Assembly (NCBI GenBank): GCA_002189035.1
Contig: NEEC01000020.1
Span: 1-64,000 of the forward strand
Length of the DNA: 64,000 nucleotides
Direction of reading: 5' to 3'
Source: Utricularia gibba
Taxonomy: Eukaryota > Plantae > Magnoliophyta
Part shown: positions 13,612-26,566 of the stretch, one piece after another
Layout: each line of letters starts with the position of its first letter
How positions within the stretch are numbered: the stretch's first letter is position 1
Notes under the pieces: generated by a model
The model's input: the letters and a program-made list of their open reading frames with translations, nothing else
Databases searched by the model: none
Told to the model about the DNA's origin: nothing
Made by a program: the position numbers and the translations under genes

Positions 13612-15107
13612 TCAGATGGCATCACCAAGAGTCGAAAGAGAAAATGGGGCGATTAGTACATTGAATGTACGGGCACCAACTTTATCGATGTGCTTCATCT
13701 CGTAATCTCCTTCCTGCAATCAACAACAAAAAAAAGAAAATCAACAACAGAAGTCGATTGTGATATATGTGATGAAACTATCTATGCATCTTTGACTTCA
13801 TCACAAATTTCATGCATAATCAAATGTAACGAATGAAGCCTTTGACACTTTTTCTCCAACTCAAATTCTATAAAAAGGATCAGAGATCTCAGTCTCACCA
13901 TTCTTCCACTCGGTGTTCTCAAAGGACAGGCAGACGAGTACTCAAAACTTGTATCGGGTAGTATAACTGGTTGTTCTCCAATAACTCCAATCCCACTGAA
14001 AACAATTAATGTTTCACATTTAGCATCCGTCCAACAAAAGGAACATATTAAAGAAGAGGGTACAAGTGGCAACTCACTAGACATTCTCTATCTTGCCATT
14101 GGCATCGGTGATAATCCAGTGTCTTCGGAGAAGCTGTATAGGGCGATCTGAGTTGTTGGTGATGCGAATCCTATATGCGAAAAAATAGAGCCCTTTTGAA
14201 GGCTGGCTCCGACCTTCAATGTATATACTAGTAACTTGAACTCTTACACCCTAAAACGAGGTATACTGATCATGTTGTCTTCCACGGGATGCAGTTTCAT
14301 GAAATACATAAAAAATTAAGGACAAAACACTCACCAAGGTAGTTGCATCACTAGCGCACTTCAGAATGCTGTAGGGAGCTATTTCCTTTAGTTCATCACG
14401 ATACTTAGCAGCATCCTGATAATAAAAAAATAGAATGAAGAAATAAAGCACCGCCTCTCTAACAAAATACAAAACAAAACATCATCCCGCTAAGCAATAA
14501 TAAGGTCGTGATGCAATAGTGACGAAGGAAGACATGGTGCCATGAATTTAATGAGAAAAAAATACGAACATTCTAGCAGGCAGTTTGTAAATAGGGAAGA
14601 CCTATTGTACCCTAAATCCAATGTTTGATCACTTGTTCCTCATCTCCTCGTTTGAGGCTAAAATCACTACTTATATGAAAAATCACACCTGAAATCTTTC
14701 ATCCGCAATAGCTTCCTTCAACAATCTCTGAACGCGCAAAACTGGCTCTTCTGCCTCAAATACTTTTAACGAATCACGAAGTCTAGCTGCCTCTTCGTAA
14801 TCCTAAAGGAAAATCACAGAGCATATCCAGTCTAATTTTGCGAAAGAATGATAATGAAGATGCACTAAATTACCTCGGACTTGGCAGCTACTTCAAGTTG
14901 CTGTTTCAATAATGCGTAAGTCTGGGGTCGAGAAAATGAGGAAACTTGTCTGGAGTCCTGTGAACCCGAAGTTGGGTTTTTTTCAGAACAGCAGTTAACT
15001 AGTCTATTGACGCGCAGGCTACAGCTTTTATCCAGGCGAGGACTGAATGGAGGAGGCAAGGATAGGGAGATGAAATCCGAAAACAGCTTGGTGCTCATAA
15101 AATACAT
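13612..15107 (-). CDS. UvrB/UvrC-motif plus ApaG (DUF525) domain plastid protein, At2g03390-like
   Basis: Transit peptide, [10 protein letters not shown] and [12 protein letters not shown] motifs, then ApaG segments [43 protein letters not shown] and EGDYEM. Confidence 0.9.
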
Positions 15108-16869
15108 TTTCCGTCAATCTCCTTGTGAAAGGCTGCGGGTTCTCTCCTCGGGGTCCCCAATGAAGCTTCACGCGGTTCTTTCCGCGAACTTGGGATGGAT
15201 TAGGGATGCGTACTGCGAGCAACAGGGAAAAAAGGCATTAAGCGAACCACCGAGTTCAGGGAAATGATATGTGGAAGCTGACGATGAAAAGGACGGAGAT
15301 ACTTGGGAGAGGTTGGATGGAGGACAAGGGTTCCACGTATTAGATTCTTGTGGGCTGTAGAATATGGACGGGCCATTTCATCGCCTTGTAGGCCCATGAA
15401 ATGAGCATACTTGGGTAAGTGCTATTCCATTACGTTTTGATGATAAAACAATATCCACGACGTCAGTCCCATTTTATTTTGTGTCTTGTGCATTGTGTTT
15501 CTTTCTAGTTGTTGGGACTTGTGTGACAAAAAAATATATTTATATATCCCATTTTTGTGGAAGGGGAGGGGCGTATTCAAAGACGTGATGGTGATACTGA
15601 TATTCAAGTCCAGCCGCACACCCTACCGTACCGCGGCGAAGGTGAGTTACCAGCTCGCTGGCGCATTCATGCCGTAAATATATAGGAAGGTGAGGAGTTG
15701 GCAGGTATGGAGGCACCGACCTCAGCAGGGGTGCCGTTTTCGACATAAAACACTACCAGAGGACGTTTGTCGCCAGCCCTGTTTAGTTTGGTTTTGAGGA
15801 TGAAGAAATGGGCGTCTAACTATTATTCCTTAGTTTTTTATTTCCGAAAGTAGTGTGATCAGAGTAACAGTATTATCTTCTTGATCCTCCCTAAAGTTTG
15901 TGTTACGTGTTACCTATCTAGTTCTCGTTTTTTCAACAACTCAACCAAACAAGTTTGTGTTGTGGGACAGCTGATACGTTGAACGAGACTTGAGTAGTTT
16001 CAGCAGACGTGTCCCCCGACTACGTGAGGAATAAGGCAACACAACACACATGCGTTGCTTCATCTAGGAGGGAGGATTGCACCCAAAACCTTAGCTGATC
16101 CGCATGTACAACGAGTACAATGAATACATCTCCACTGGAGCCTTGGTCAATGAAATTCCATGATTGCTACTACAAATAAAATGACAATAATAATAATAAA
16201 CAAGGTACATGGATTTTAAAAGCAAACCCTCCAATGATGGATCACTCAGCCTTGGCCCGCTGGCTTGCAAGCACTGAGCAAGAGAGAAAGAAATGCTCCA
16301 AGGACATGAACCCGTGCGGCATACAGCCACGCCACGTATTACTTTTATTTTCCAATTCATTATTCAGTTATTTTACTTCTTTTCCGTATGCCATGCCATA
16401 CTCCGTCGGATCTTCCATGAAAAATAAAAGAATTAGGTGGGTGAAAGATCATAACAGGGATTTACAAATAGAGGGAAATTTCCAAAAGCCAGGAGGGGCA
16501 GTACATGGTTCTCTGCTTTCGTTGTGTGTGATTGGTTAATGAAACACTCGATCCTAGCAAGTGGAGCAGTTACAATTTATGAGCCGGCATACTGTTCCCT
16601 ACCTTATTTTTTTCTACTTTTGTTAGCCAGTTGTTGATGAGTAAGGAGTTGGTGATCATGTGTAATGTTCTCAGTGTTAATCGTACAAAAATAGCTAGCT
16701 GGTCACTACTGAGAAGGTGGTTTTTGTCTGGTTTATATCTGTAGACAGATTCTCCAATGCATGTGGCTATAAACCGCTCGCTCAGGGCTCTCCTGTCGAT
16801 ACCTTCCAAGAGCAGCTTCAAAACACTGTGCTCTCTTTCTTTCTGTGTGTGTAGGTGAGTGTGGCAGTG

Positions 16870-17733
16870 ATGGGAAATTGCCAAGCCATTGACAATGCAA
16901 CCGTAATGATTCAGCATCCATGTGGAAGAGTTGAGAAGCTTTACTCCTCAGTTTCAGCCACTGAAATAATGAAGCTCAACCCCGGCCACCAAGTCGCTCT
17001 CCTCCTCACCTCTTCCCTCTGCACCACCGATTCCTCCTCAGGAAACAGCAACTGCGGGGGTGGCGTTCCCGTTCGTGTAACGAGGATTAAGCTTCTTAAG
17101 CCCACTGATGCTCTTCTGCTTGGCCATGCCTACCGCTTAGTCACTTGTCAAGGTTTTCAACTTTTCAATCCTCCTCGGGGTCCTGGTGTATGGTCGTGTG
17201 ATGATATTCGTTTTGAGTTTGGTTTTCAGAAATATGATTATTATTATTATTTTTCTAGAAGTTACGAGGGCCAAGAAGCAAGCCAAAATGCAGAAGAAAC
17301 ATGAAAGGGCTAGAGAAGAAAGAAGCAGCTCGGAACCAGAACCCCTCGTCCAGATGAATAACGAGGTAAACGCTGAACACAAGCTTCCTTTGGTAACTTT
17401 AGATTACAGAGTACTGGACTTAAGAATTGATGCGTATCGATTGTTGGAACAGAAACAAGGAAACTAGATTAGATGGTGGGTGAATGAGGAACTATTTTAG
17501 TTTATCTGGTTGATGATGCGTAGCGTAGTGTTTCTACAGAGGGGAGTTGGTCCAGGTACAGCTAATAGGGCATGAAAAAGAGTTTTGTCTGCTGTGAGGT
17601 GCATTTGTATTTTATTCCAGAAAACAAAATGCAGGTGGTGACCGAAGAAGAAAGAAGCCCTGCAGGGCCACGTAAATCCCGAGCAGGGGCATGGCACCCA
17701 GCACTCTGCACCATCTCAGAATCCGGAACATGA
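16870..17733 (+). CDS. DUF4228 (PADRE) family protein, 3 exons
   Basis: MGNCQAIDNATVMIQHPCGRVE (myristoylation-type MGNC start), MKLNPGHQVAL, LLKPTDALLLGHAYRLV, and C-terminal WHPALCTISE. Confidence 0.9.
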
Positions 17734-18614
17734 TCTTCATTTTTCGCCAGGGGGCTCGAGGGATTTGGTAGTTGGTACTGTGTTCACATCGATTGTCCAT
17801 AGATTGTTGTTTCTTAATATTAAATATGTGGAGATGGGGTGAAAACTCCACAGCAATCAAGAGTTGACCCGAGGACTAGTTCACTTCCAAGATGGGGATT
17901 GACCGCATATCTTCTTCAGAAAAAAAAAAAAAAAAACTGCTTGGTAAAACTACTCATTTATTAATACACAAAGCTGATATATAAAATAGAAAAGGTTATT
18001 CTGAAGAAGCCTACCTATTGATAATACATTTGCATTCCTATCCATTCCTACCACACTCCCTACTCATATCATAATTAAATGTGCTATAATCTTGTTCAGT
18101 GTATTCCACAACTTGGTGTGAATCCAATTTGCATAACACGTTGACTGTTTGGGTGATTGAACAGAACCACGACCCCTGTAATAGTGGGGTGCAATGTAAA
18201 AACGTGTTACAACAACAGTCAGCCCTGGTGGCAAAGTTCTGCTGAGATAGAACCACTGCACTGCTGGAATATGTCCTACTCCAAGTTTGAAGAACAAATT
18301 GATTTCTCTCGCTAGGCATTTAATTATAATTAGAGGGCGACGATTCATTTGTATTTGGGGACATTAAATACAGCATTAATATGGAAACGATAAAAAAAAA
18401 AGATTGAAACAAATAATCGTGAGAATGAGACATTAATAATATGGAAATGGTTGAAAAACATAAAACAAACTTCTCTTGATGTTGATTATTAAAATCTGTT
18501 GAATTTCCGTAACGCCCATAAAATTGGCACATTCCATTCCATTGCGATACCTATCTGCTGGTGCTGTATAAGGTGGTATCTCTCCACAGATTCCTGGGAC
18601 TGAAACCACGATCC

Positions 18615-21606
18615 ATGGCAACTCCTACAATTCCCTCTCGCCAGCTATTCATCAACGGTGACTGGCAAGAACCAATTCACCGGAAGCGCTTGCCCGTCAT
18701 CAATCCCGCCACCGAAGAAATTATTGGTTCAGATAACAACTTTCATTGCCCCTTCTAATTATTTCCTGCTCTGCGGCACTCGCTCACTTGTTTCTGTCAT
18801 ACACAGACAGAGTTGTTTGTTCCTGGAGTTTTTCAATCAATTGCCTGTCTCATTTTTCAGGGTATATCCCCGCAGCTACGGCAGAAGATGTGGATCTTGC
18901 CGTTGAAGCTGCTCGTGTGGCTTTTTTTCGTGACGGCGGAAAAGAATGGTCCTCGGCCACCGGGGCTCTTCGTGCCAAGTATTTAAGAGCTATTGCTGCC
19001 AAGGTTTCACTTCTATGCTCTTCCTTTTGCTGCCTTCGCTCAGTTAAATGGGTCTGCCTTCTGGATGCTTAGTTTTTTTGCTGTTTGAAAATGTAGATCA
19101 CAGAAAGGAAGTTACAACTGGCAAAACTTGAATCACTCGATTGTGGGAAACCTTTCGATGAAGCTGCTTGGGACATGGTCCGTCTGGAATTCATCACTAG
19201 TTTGTTTTTAATCAGTAGAAGGTTACTTATTATCTGTGTCGTCTAGGATGACGTGTCCGGGTGTTTTGAGTACTTTGCTGATGTTGCTGAAAGATTGGAT
19301 TCAGAGCAGAGAAAACCTGTGCCCCTCCCGATGGAAACATTCAAATGCCATATCCTCAAAGAACCACTTGGAGTAGTTGGTCTTATTACACCATGGTCAG
19401 GCTTCTATCCTGATTATTTCACTTCAGCGCTGCACCTTTTTTTATAAGTCGTATCGCACACTTTGACGGTGGGGGAATTAACGGATATATAGTTCATTGT
19501 TAGTGCTTTATTAGAACCTTTTATCATGTTCTGACTGCATTTTCATGTCTCAGGAATTACCCCTTGTTGATGGCTGCATGGAAGGTGGCTCCATCTCTGG
19601 CGGCTGGATGCACCATCATCCTGAAACCTTCTGAGCTAGCATCCGTGTAGGTTTACAAGTGACTGCCTTTCTGTCTCATTTTTCTGTTCCTTTACCTCAT
19701 AATTTCTTTTGATTCAGGTGCATAATTAACACTAACATTCTCAATTGAAATGGATGAGCCACATTGAATGCATGGAAATCTACTAAATGCTCAAACCTCT
19801 GTATTTGTTAGTATGCTCTCAATTAATAATCTTTGGGTATGCAAAATGTTATGGCAGCACTTGCTTGGAGTTAGCTGATATCTGCAGAGAAGTTGGTGTT
19901 CCACCAGGTGTTGTGAATGTTTTGACTGGTTTGGGGCCAGAAGCTGGCGCTCCTTTGACAACGCATCCTCATGTTGATAAGGTAAATGTCGATGCACCAA
20001 GCATTTGTAATTGTGATGGGTAGATGAGAACTTGGCGCAAAATCATCTTAACAGATAGCATTCACTGGGAGCAGTGCTACAGGAAGCAAAATTATGGCTT
20101 CTGCTGCTCAACTTGTCAAGGTACACGTTATAAGCGCTTCTAATTTTGAAGTATTAGTTTTATTTCATAGGTAGAAGAAAATTTATCGATCTTTCATTGA
20201 AAAGGGGTGCTTCTGAGTGCAGCCAGTTACGCTTGAACTTGGAGGGAAAAGCCCAATTATAGTTTTTAATGATATTGATCTGGACAAAGGTATGATCATC
20301 CAACATTGGAATGTGAGGATATCATTACTCTGGTTCTTGTTATCACTAAAAAGTTTGCTAACTAATTGCATTCTTTTTTCCATTCTGCAGCCGTGGAATG
20401 GACCCTCTTTGGATGCTTTTGGACTAATGGCCAGATATGCAGCGCTACTTCTCGACTTTTGGTGCATGTAAGTTTGGACAGTCGCTGTTGGCTTTCATTT
20501 ACCCTCTCCTTTGAATGAAACCAAGCTAGCTATAGCCCATTGTCGTTTTTTTTTTGAATATTACTATTTCCATGGGCCATATATATGTAGGAAAGCATTG
20601 CAGCAGTATTCTTGGAGAAACTTGTACAGTGGTGCGAGAATATTAAAATCTCAGACCCTCTGGAGGAGGGTTGCCGTCTTGGCCCTGTTGTTAGTAGTGG
20701 ACAGGTACACAGACTTTGAAAGTAAATATGAAGGTTGTTTTTTTTCCAATTTTCTTGCTGCTCATTTTTTTACTGTGCAGTATGAAAAGGTGTTGAAGTT
20801 CGTAAAAACGGCCAGAGAAGAGGGTGCCACAATCTTGTATGGTGGTGTGCGACCTCAGGTAGAATTTTGCTTTATGAAGCTGCAAATGAATGGGAAAGTT
20901 ATTTTGTGCAGTGTAGGTCAGCATCTTGTATATTTTGCAGCACTTGAAAAGGGGTTTCTTTGTTGAGCCAACCGTTATCACAGATGTGACCACCTCAATG
21001 CAAATCTGGAGAGAAGAGGTGTTTGGGCCAGTTCTTTGTGTCAAGACCTTCAGTACCGAAGAAGAAGCCGTTGAATTGGCTAACGACACCCAGTATGTTC
21101 ATATACTCAGCCTGCTCACGTTCATCTGCTGCTTGAATTTTATTGAAAATGAAAACATGAACATACTCCTTACCTTTTCTAGCTACGGCTTGGCTGCTGC
21201 TGTACTATCAAAAGATCTTGAAAGGTGTGATCGACTGAGTAAGGTAGTAATAATGAAAATCATCAACCATTTCCTCCAAAATGTCCCTGTTTTGCTTGGA
21301 AATTCTCTGCATCTTATTAAAAAATTTCACAGGCACTCCAAGCAGGAATCGTTTGGTTCAACTGCTCACAGCCTACCTTCACCCAGGCCCCCTGGGGTGG
21401 CAAAAAGCGCAGTGGATTTGGGCGTGAACTCGGGAGTGGTAACTGGCTACATATTTTATAAGCCATGACGTGAATTTATTTTACTCCATGCTGAGTTTTA
21501 TTCATACCGAAACAGGGGAATCGACAACTATGTGAACATAAAGCAGGTCACCCAGTACCTAGCGGATGATGCATGGGGCTGGTACAAGTCTCCGTCCAGG
21601 CTCTGA
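18615..21606 (+). CDS. ALDH10A: ALDH10A aminoaldehyde/betaine-aldehyde dehydrogenase, peroxisomal, about 15 exons
   Basis: [54 protein letters not shown]-terminal SRL PTS1 signal. One missing G at about 21433 (probable assembly error). Confidence 0.95.
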
Positions 21607-22223
21607 ACTATGAGATTTTACGTATGTCAACGTCCTGGCACCTGAGACCTGATCTTTGTGTGCATGCGTTCCTTCTCAATAAGCATAAAAGTTGGCCTTG
21701 TACTTTGATTCATGTCTCGTGCAAAGTATCCCGTATATACTCATGCTCCGGAATACAGAAATCGAGCAACAAGGTTGGCCTGCGTATTTCATTCATTGTT
21801 GTCTTGCTCATTCCAATATATACCAACTAAGCTACACCTCATGGAAGATGGCCAACAGCTGCAAGATTATATCCAAGTGTGCAATGTTTTTTTTTTTTTT
21901 TGTTTATTTATGGCTGTATTGGACTACTAATATGACTTTCACTGCGTCCTTGATTTCAAGGGTGCAAAAAACGTCAATACTACACAATGTATCCGCTCCA
22001 GCGCGTTAAAAAGGACTAGGCATTCAAAACATCCAGTATAATGATGATACAAATCTCAATTGTAATATCCGACCTTCGACTGCAATATTGAGACGCAACC
22101 CAAGTAAAGGTAAAAGCTTTGCTAGCGAACATGTTCTATACCATAACTACTCAAAGTCTCTACCTTCTATCCCCAGATTTAGCTTCAGCACTATACAGAA
22201 AGTGCCATTTTTGTTGTGCAAAA

Positions 22224-23416
22224 TTATAACGCCGGCATCTCCAAAACTTTTAAAACATCCTTGAACTCAAATTTGCGCGTTTCTTTGTTAAAACGCTCCA
22301 CTAAGCTGTACCTCAAATCATTCAAGTAAAACGTGTGTGCAGTTTCCAACAGCCATTTAGCTTCTTCATCGGTCAGCTTGCTAGGGAACACAATATCGCC
22401 ACGAATAAGTACTAGATCCTTGCTATCTGCAAATTCTTTGTAGTAGGTTGTTGTGAAATAAGGGGCAGCTTGTGTTCCTCTGGCTTTGTAGTCTTCAAGA
22501 CCAGTGAAAAGCATGTGCGGTATCTCAACTGTACAAAAGCAGGATGTTTGCCACAATTTAAGGAGAAGGTTTAAGCAACAGCAGAACAAGTCGAATTATC
22601 ATCATATTCGTGTCCACAGGAGAAACAATTCATATTCATAAAAAGACAGCATAGATAATGCAAATCAGCAACCAACGGCTCCTTCCATAATGAGTCATCC
22701 GATCTCATAATTATTATGTATATTAACACTACTCAGCTAAAAAAAAAAATGACACTTTATTTTTCATTGCAAGAGAAGAGGTTCAGTTGACTACTATAAA
22801 CCGTCCACATGGAAAATTTGAGGAGCGTCGTCACCTTGCAGAAACATCGTGGTATATCCACTCCCCTTCCATAAAGGAATAACAAAATGGCGGCTGCAGG
22901 AAAAAAGAAAAGTTGTTGACTTGTGAATAGCAAACGAGATACAGGAAAAAAAAAAAAAAACCCAATAATCAGGCTGAAAATAACCAATTTATCACTCTTT
23001 GTTCCAAAAGGTGATATAATTTTGCCGGAATTGATGCACCAATGTGCCCCCTTCCTAAGTGATACTGAAAAGGAAAGGCAATCAGGTAAACAAGAAAAAA
23101 TGAGCAAGTGAAGGGACTCGGTTGAGTCCAGCGATACTAACATCATCCCAGATATCAGCAAGCTCTTCAGGGGATTTGCTCTTGGCCCTATCGATATCCA
23201 GGATCGAGTTTAAGGGTTTTGGTTTCAGTGGAGAGAACCCTGTTGCGAAGCTCAAATTGCGAAAGAATCCCCCATACCCCTTTTCAAGAAATTCCAACCG
23301 GAATTACTTCTTGGGGGCGATATGCATTCATTTTCAATTTTAATCGGACATGAAGAATTACAACCGGCAGTGAGAAAAGCCCTTCTTGAACCCGTGGAGA
23401 TCAAATGACGCAACAT
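22224..23416 (-). CDS. ATP11: Mitochondrial F1 ATP synthase assembly factor ATP11, 4 exons
   Basis: KPKPLNSILDIDRAK...IWDD / YHLGRGHIGA / CRHFVIPLWKGSGY / PHMLFTGLEDYKARGTQAAPY...FYLND. One-base frameshift in a G run at about 23278. Confidence 0.92.
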
Positions 23417-24054
23417 ACTCGCCTCCTGAAAAGATTGTACATCACTGAATATAAACACAGCACAAAATAACGAAGCTACATGAAATCATAGCAACAGAAG
23501 AGTAAACAACTCGAAACGCCAGGTCTGAGAAGGGAAAACGCTGAAAGTACCCCGTCGGGGTTGTTGGACAGATTAAGGAATATGAAGAGAGATTTTGGGG
23601 GTGCGCCGAGAGCAGGGAGTGGCGATCCAAGGTTCCAACGGAAAACTAGGTAAAGGACAATCTCTGGGTTTTAAGTCATATCAATGCACATCCCTTCCAT
23701 TATGCAAAACATATAGCCTATTTTCTTTATAAATTTACACGCGTTTTCTCTTGTGTTGCTGGTCCATGAAATACTCTACTCTTGAGATTTTAAGCAAAAG
23801 GAAAGTGATTTTCTGCCAATGGACTGGGGGGTATCGCCAAGTCCTCCTTTCCGTCTTTCACAAGCACCCTCGCCTTACCCCTGGAGCAGGGTACGGCGAA
23901 TGGTGAGTAGGCCAACTCCGCAGTCCTCGAGCGCATGCTGTTATTCAATTTCCCCTGCGCTTTCTCAAAATTATCACGCAAAATGCAGCATATCATATGG
24001 TTTCTGAGCAGAAGTTGATGTATTTATGTAAAACATCTAAGATATTTCGCTAGT

Positions 24055-25254
24055 TTAGTTGAAGGAGGATCTGTGGCACTTGTCAGCAACTTGCACAGGC
24101 TTGAGGTTTCTGGATCCTAGCACCCAGATGTTTCCAGTTTCTAGCCTTGGACTACCCACAGCTTTGTCTCTCACACCAGCAACGCAAGCAGTCATCATAT
24201 TCTCCTCGTTATCGTAGTATTCAGAGAAATCTGCAACGCTGGCAGTCACGACACTCCACTGAATGCTGGCCTCGCTTGGTGGGCAGTTAGATGTTGCACT
24301 GGGCCTGGGGCTGATCATCGTCATGGCGGACAATTCCGAAAATGTGGGCGGTTGTAAGGGTCCTGTTAAGTTGTCTATTTCGAACAAATCCGAACTTGCC
24401 TCGCTGCCAATTTCATCACAGGGGATGATGGCAGGGGAAATGGCGTGCTTTAAGCCTTTGTTGGGCATGGTATCATCCCATGATAGCAAGCATTGTGTGC
24501 TCTCGCCAACATGAACATCATAACCATCATCTCGTTTTGACCCGAAAACTGGTTGCGAGTTCCTCTGTGGCTCATCAGACGCGGATTCATCATGTTTCTG
24601 AAATGGTGGGAAAATCTCCTGCTTTTTGGGCAGTTTTGGGGAAAGGGGCTGAAGCGGAGAGTTTGCATCAACAACATCAACAGCTCTCTTGTTGAAACAA
24701 GATGCTCCGCAGCCGAAACCTGGAAAAAGTGACTGTCTCCTCCAACCCCAAACGGAGGGGGAGGGCTTTTTTGTAACGGGGATTGTCTGAAGCTGAACAT
24801 GGGTTGTTTGCAAAGGAGAAAAAAGCGGATCATGGCTGGCGGCATAGGAGCACGCGGTAGAAGTAAGAGTTGTTGCCTTTGTGCCATGTCTGGGTTTAGA
24901 AGCCGCGGCGTTTTGCTCCGTGTGGATGGCATGGTCCAGGTTCATGCTGAAGTACCTATCAGCAGCAAACACTTTAATTTCTCCATCTTGAAGGTTGCCG
25001 AATCTTGATCTGGAAGCTGTATCCTTGGTGGGTGCAGGGAAAGTTGTTTGAAAGACGAAGCTGCTACTGCCGTGTTTGGGATTGGATCTGAGGAAAGATT
25101 TTTTGGTGTGAGAGGCGGCGTTTTGCGCATCATCATCTTTTTCTTTGTGCTGTTGCCGCAGCAAAAGATTGTCTTTTGCAGTGTCCAGATAGTATGAGAA
25201 AGAAGCAACACGCAGACTGAGACTGTTCCCTGCATCATCGGCTTCCAATGCCAT
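24055..25254 (-). CDS. PKS: PHYTOCHROME KINASE SUBSTRATE family protein, intronless
   Basis: 399-aa ORF with PKS motifs LRVASFSYYL, DGEIKVFAADRYF, ASSDLFEID and PSEASIQWSVVTASVADFS. Confidence 0.88.
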   Translation of the reverse strand: MALEADDAGNSLSLRVASFSYYLDTAKDNLLLRQQHKEKDDDAQNAASHTKKSFLRSNPKHGSSSFVFQTTFPAPTKDTASRSRFGNLQDGEIKVFAADRYFSMNLDHAIHTEQNAAASKPRHGTKATTLTSTACSYAASHDPLFSPLQTTHVQLQTIPVTKKPSPSVWGWRRQSLFPGFGCGASCFNKRAVDVVDANSPLQPLSPKLPKKQEIFPPFQKHDESASDEPQRNSQPVFGSKRDDGYDVHVGESTQCLLSWDDTMPNKGLKHAISPAIIPCDEIGSEASSDLFEIDNLTGPLQPPTFSELSAMTMISPRPSATSNCPPSEASIQWSVVTASVADFSEYYDNEENMMTACVAGVRDKAVGSPRLETGNIWVLGSRNLKPVQVADKCHRSSFN

Positions 25255-26566
25255 AGGAATTTCCTAGGGCCGCTATCAATGTTGGCGAGCACGCGAAGGA
25301 TGCTTGAGCAAACTGAGGAATACGATTGTAGACTAGACTAGAGATATATAGAGGGAGGGAAGGGGAATCACAGAAATGCAATGAGCACTGACGGCACAAC
25401 TCCCAATGGTTCTTCGGTTGCCGCACCTTGGGTCCGTCCGCGGCTTATACAAACAAACACACGGATGACAGGCACTTGTAGTGTATCTAGTGTGAGTGCA
25501 GCTGATTTCAACAATGATTCTCACTCAATCGATCGCCAAGTGATAGTGCGAATAAAGAAGGGGAATGTAACTCTGCCTGCCTGCCTACAGTTGAAAACAA
25601 AGTTAGGAATTGCAATTGCAATTAATTAAGTGGCAGGACAGCCGCTATCCTTGATGATTTGGTTGTATTATTTGCAAGTCAGTGCCGCCCCCCTCGGCAT
25701 TTATTTCCTGCATTATGCTGTCGACTCCACTCCACTCATCACCACACACCCATTCATTTTCAATTTGGCCCTCCTCTCCGCCTTCACGCGGTCTGCATCC
25801 ACCTTCTCCAAGTCTGTGCATTTGCATTGAAGAAATAGTCAGGAGTCAGCTTCATTCAAACCAGAGCACTGCTGCTGCTGCAGGAGTGTGTGGCATAGCG
25901 TACGCTTTCCTTTTCTTACCGAAACCGAGGGAAGGTGCGGTGGATGGATCCATCAATCAACGTGGCTGGCCGGGCTGTGGATGGCCAAAAGCATTTATTG
26001 ACGATAACATAATGTGTGGATTGGAAAGCCGGGATTTATGAGATGCCACGAGTGGTGCCTGAGAATGAAGCTCCTCCATTCGTTGGCAAATCTCCGCCAA
26101 CTCTTTTTGCTGCCCCACGCCAACCAAATGTCTATTTTCATCCGAATCTTGGATTACATCCATTTATCATGTAATTCCTGTTGTGCAACACGCGGACATT
26201 GATTGGGAGCTGGCGATGCTGTAAGTTCAGAACACAGATTACCATGACACAGCTTGTATGTAAGTGAATGGGAACTCGCGTTCCGGTGATGATGGATCTC
26301 CAGAGCCCACGGACGCACACTGCTACATCAACCAAGGAAGCCCAATGGGTTACCCTCAAATACGGCGGGAAAGCCCAGTGGGTAATCCCCACCCCACCAA
26401 ACCAAATTTCGGGGAACACGAAAGTCATCGGTCAAATTCTAATGCAACTTTCATCCAAAAAATCAACACCTGCTCCCCAGGATCTCCGGCTGAGCAAACC
26501 CAGTCGCATAAATCCGACCAGTTTCCCTTGGGTTGCCCCGCTTGTATTTCTCCGCCGTCCTCGTTA

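Noticed and set aside
16827-26100. miR156-like site at ~16828 and miR399-like GGCAAATCTCC at ~26084
   Set aside because: Partial matches with indels or a missing seed-pairing half, and no precursor hairpin seen.
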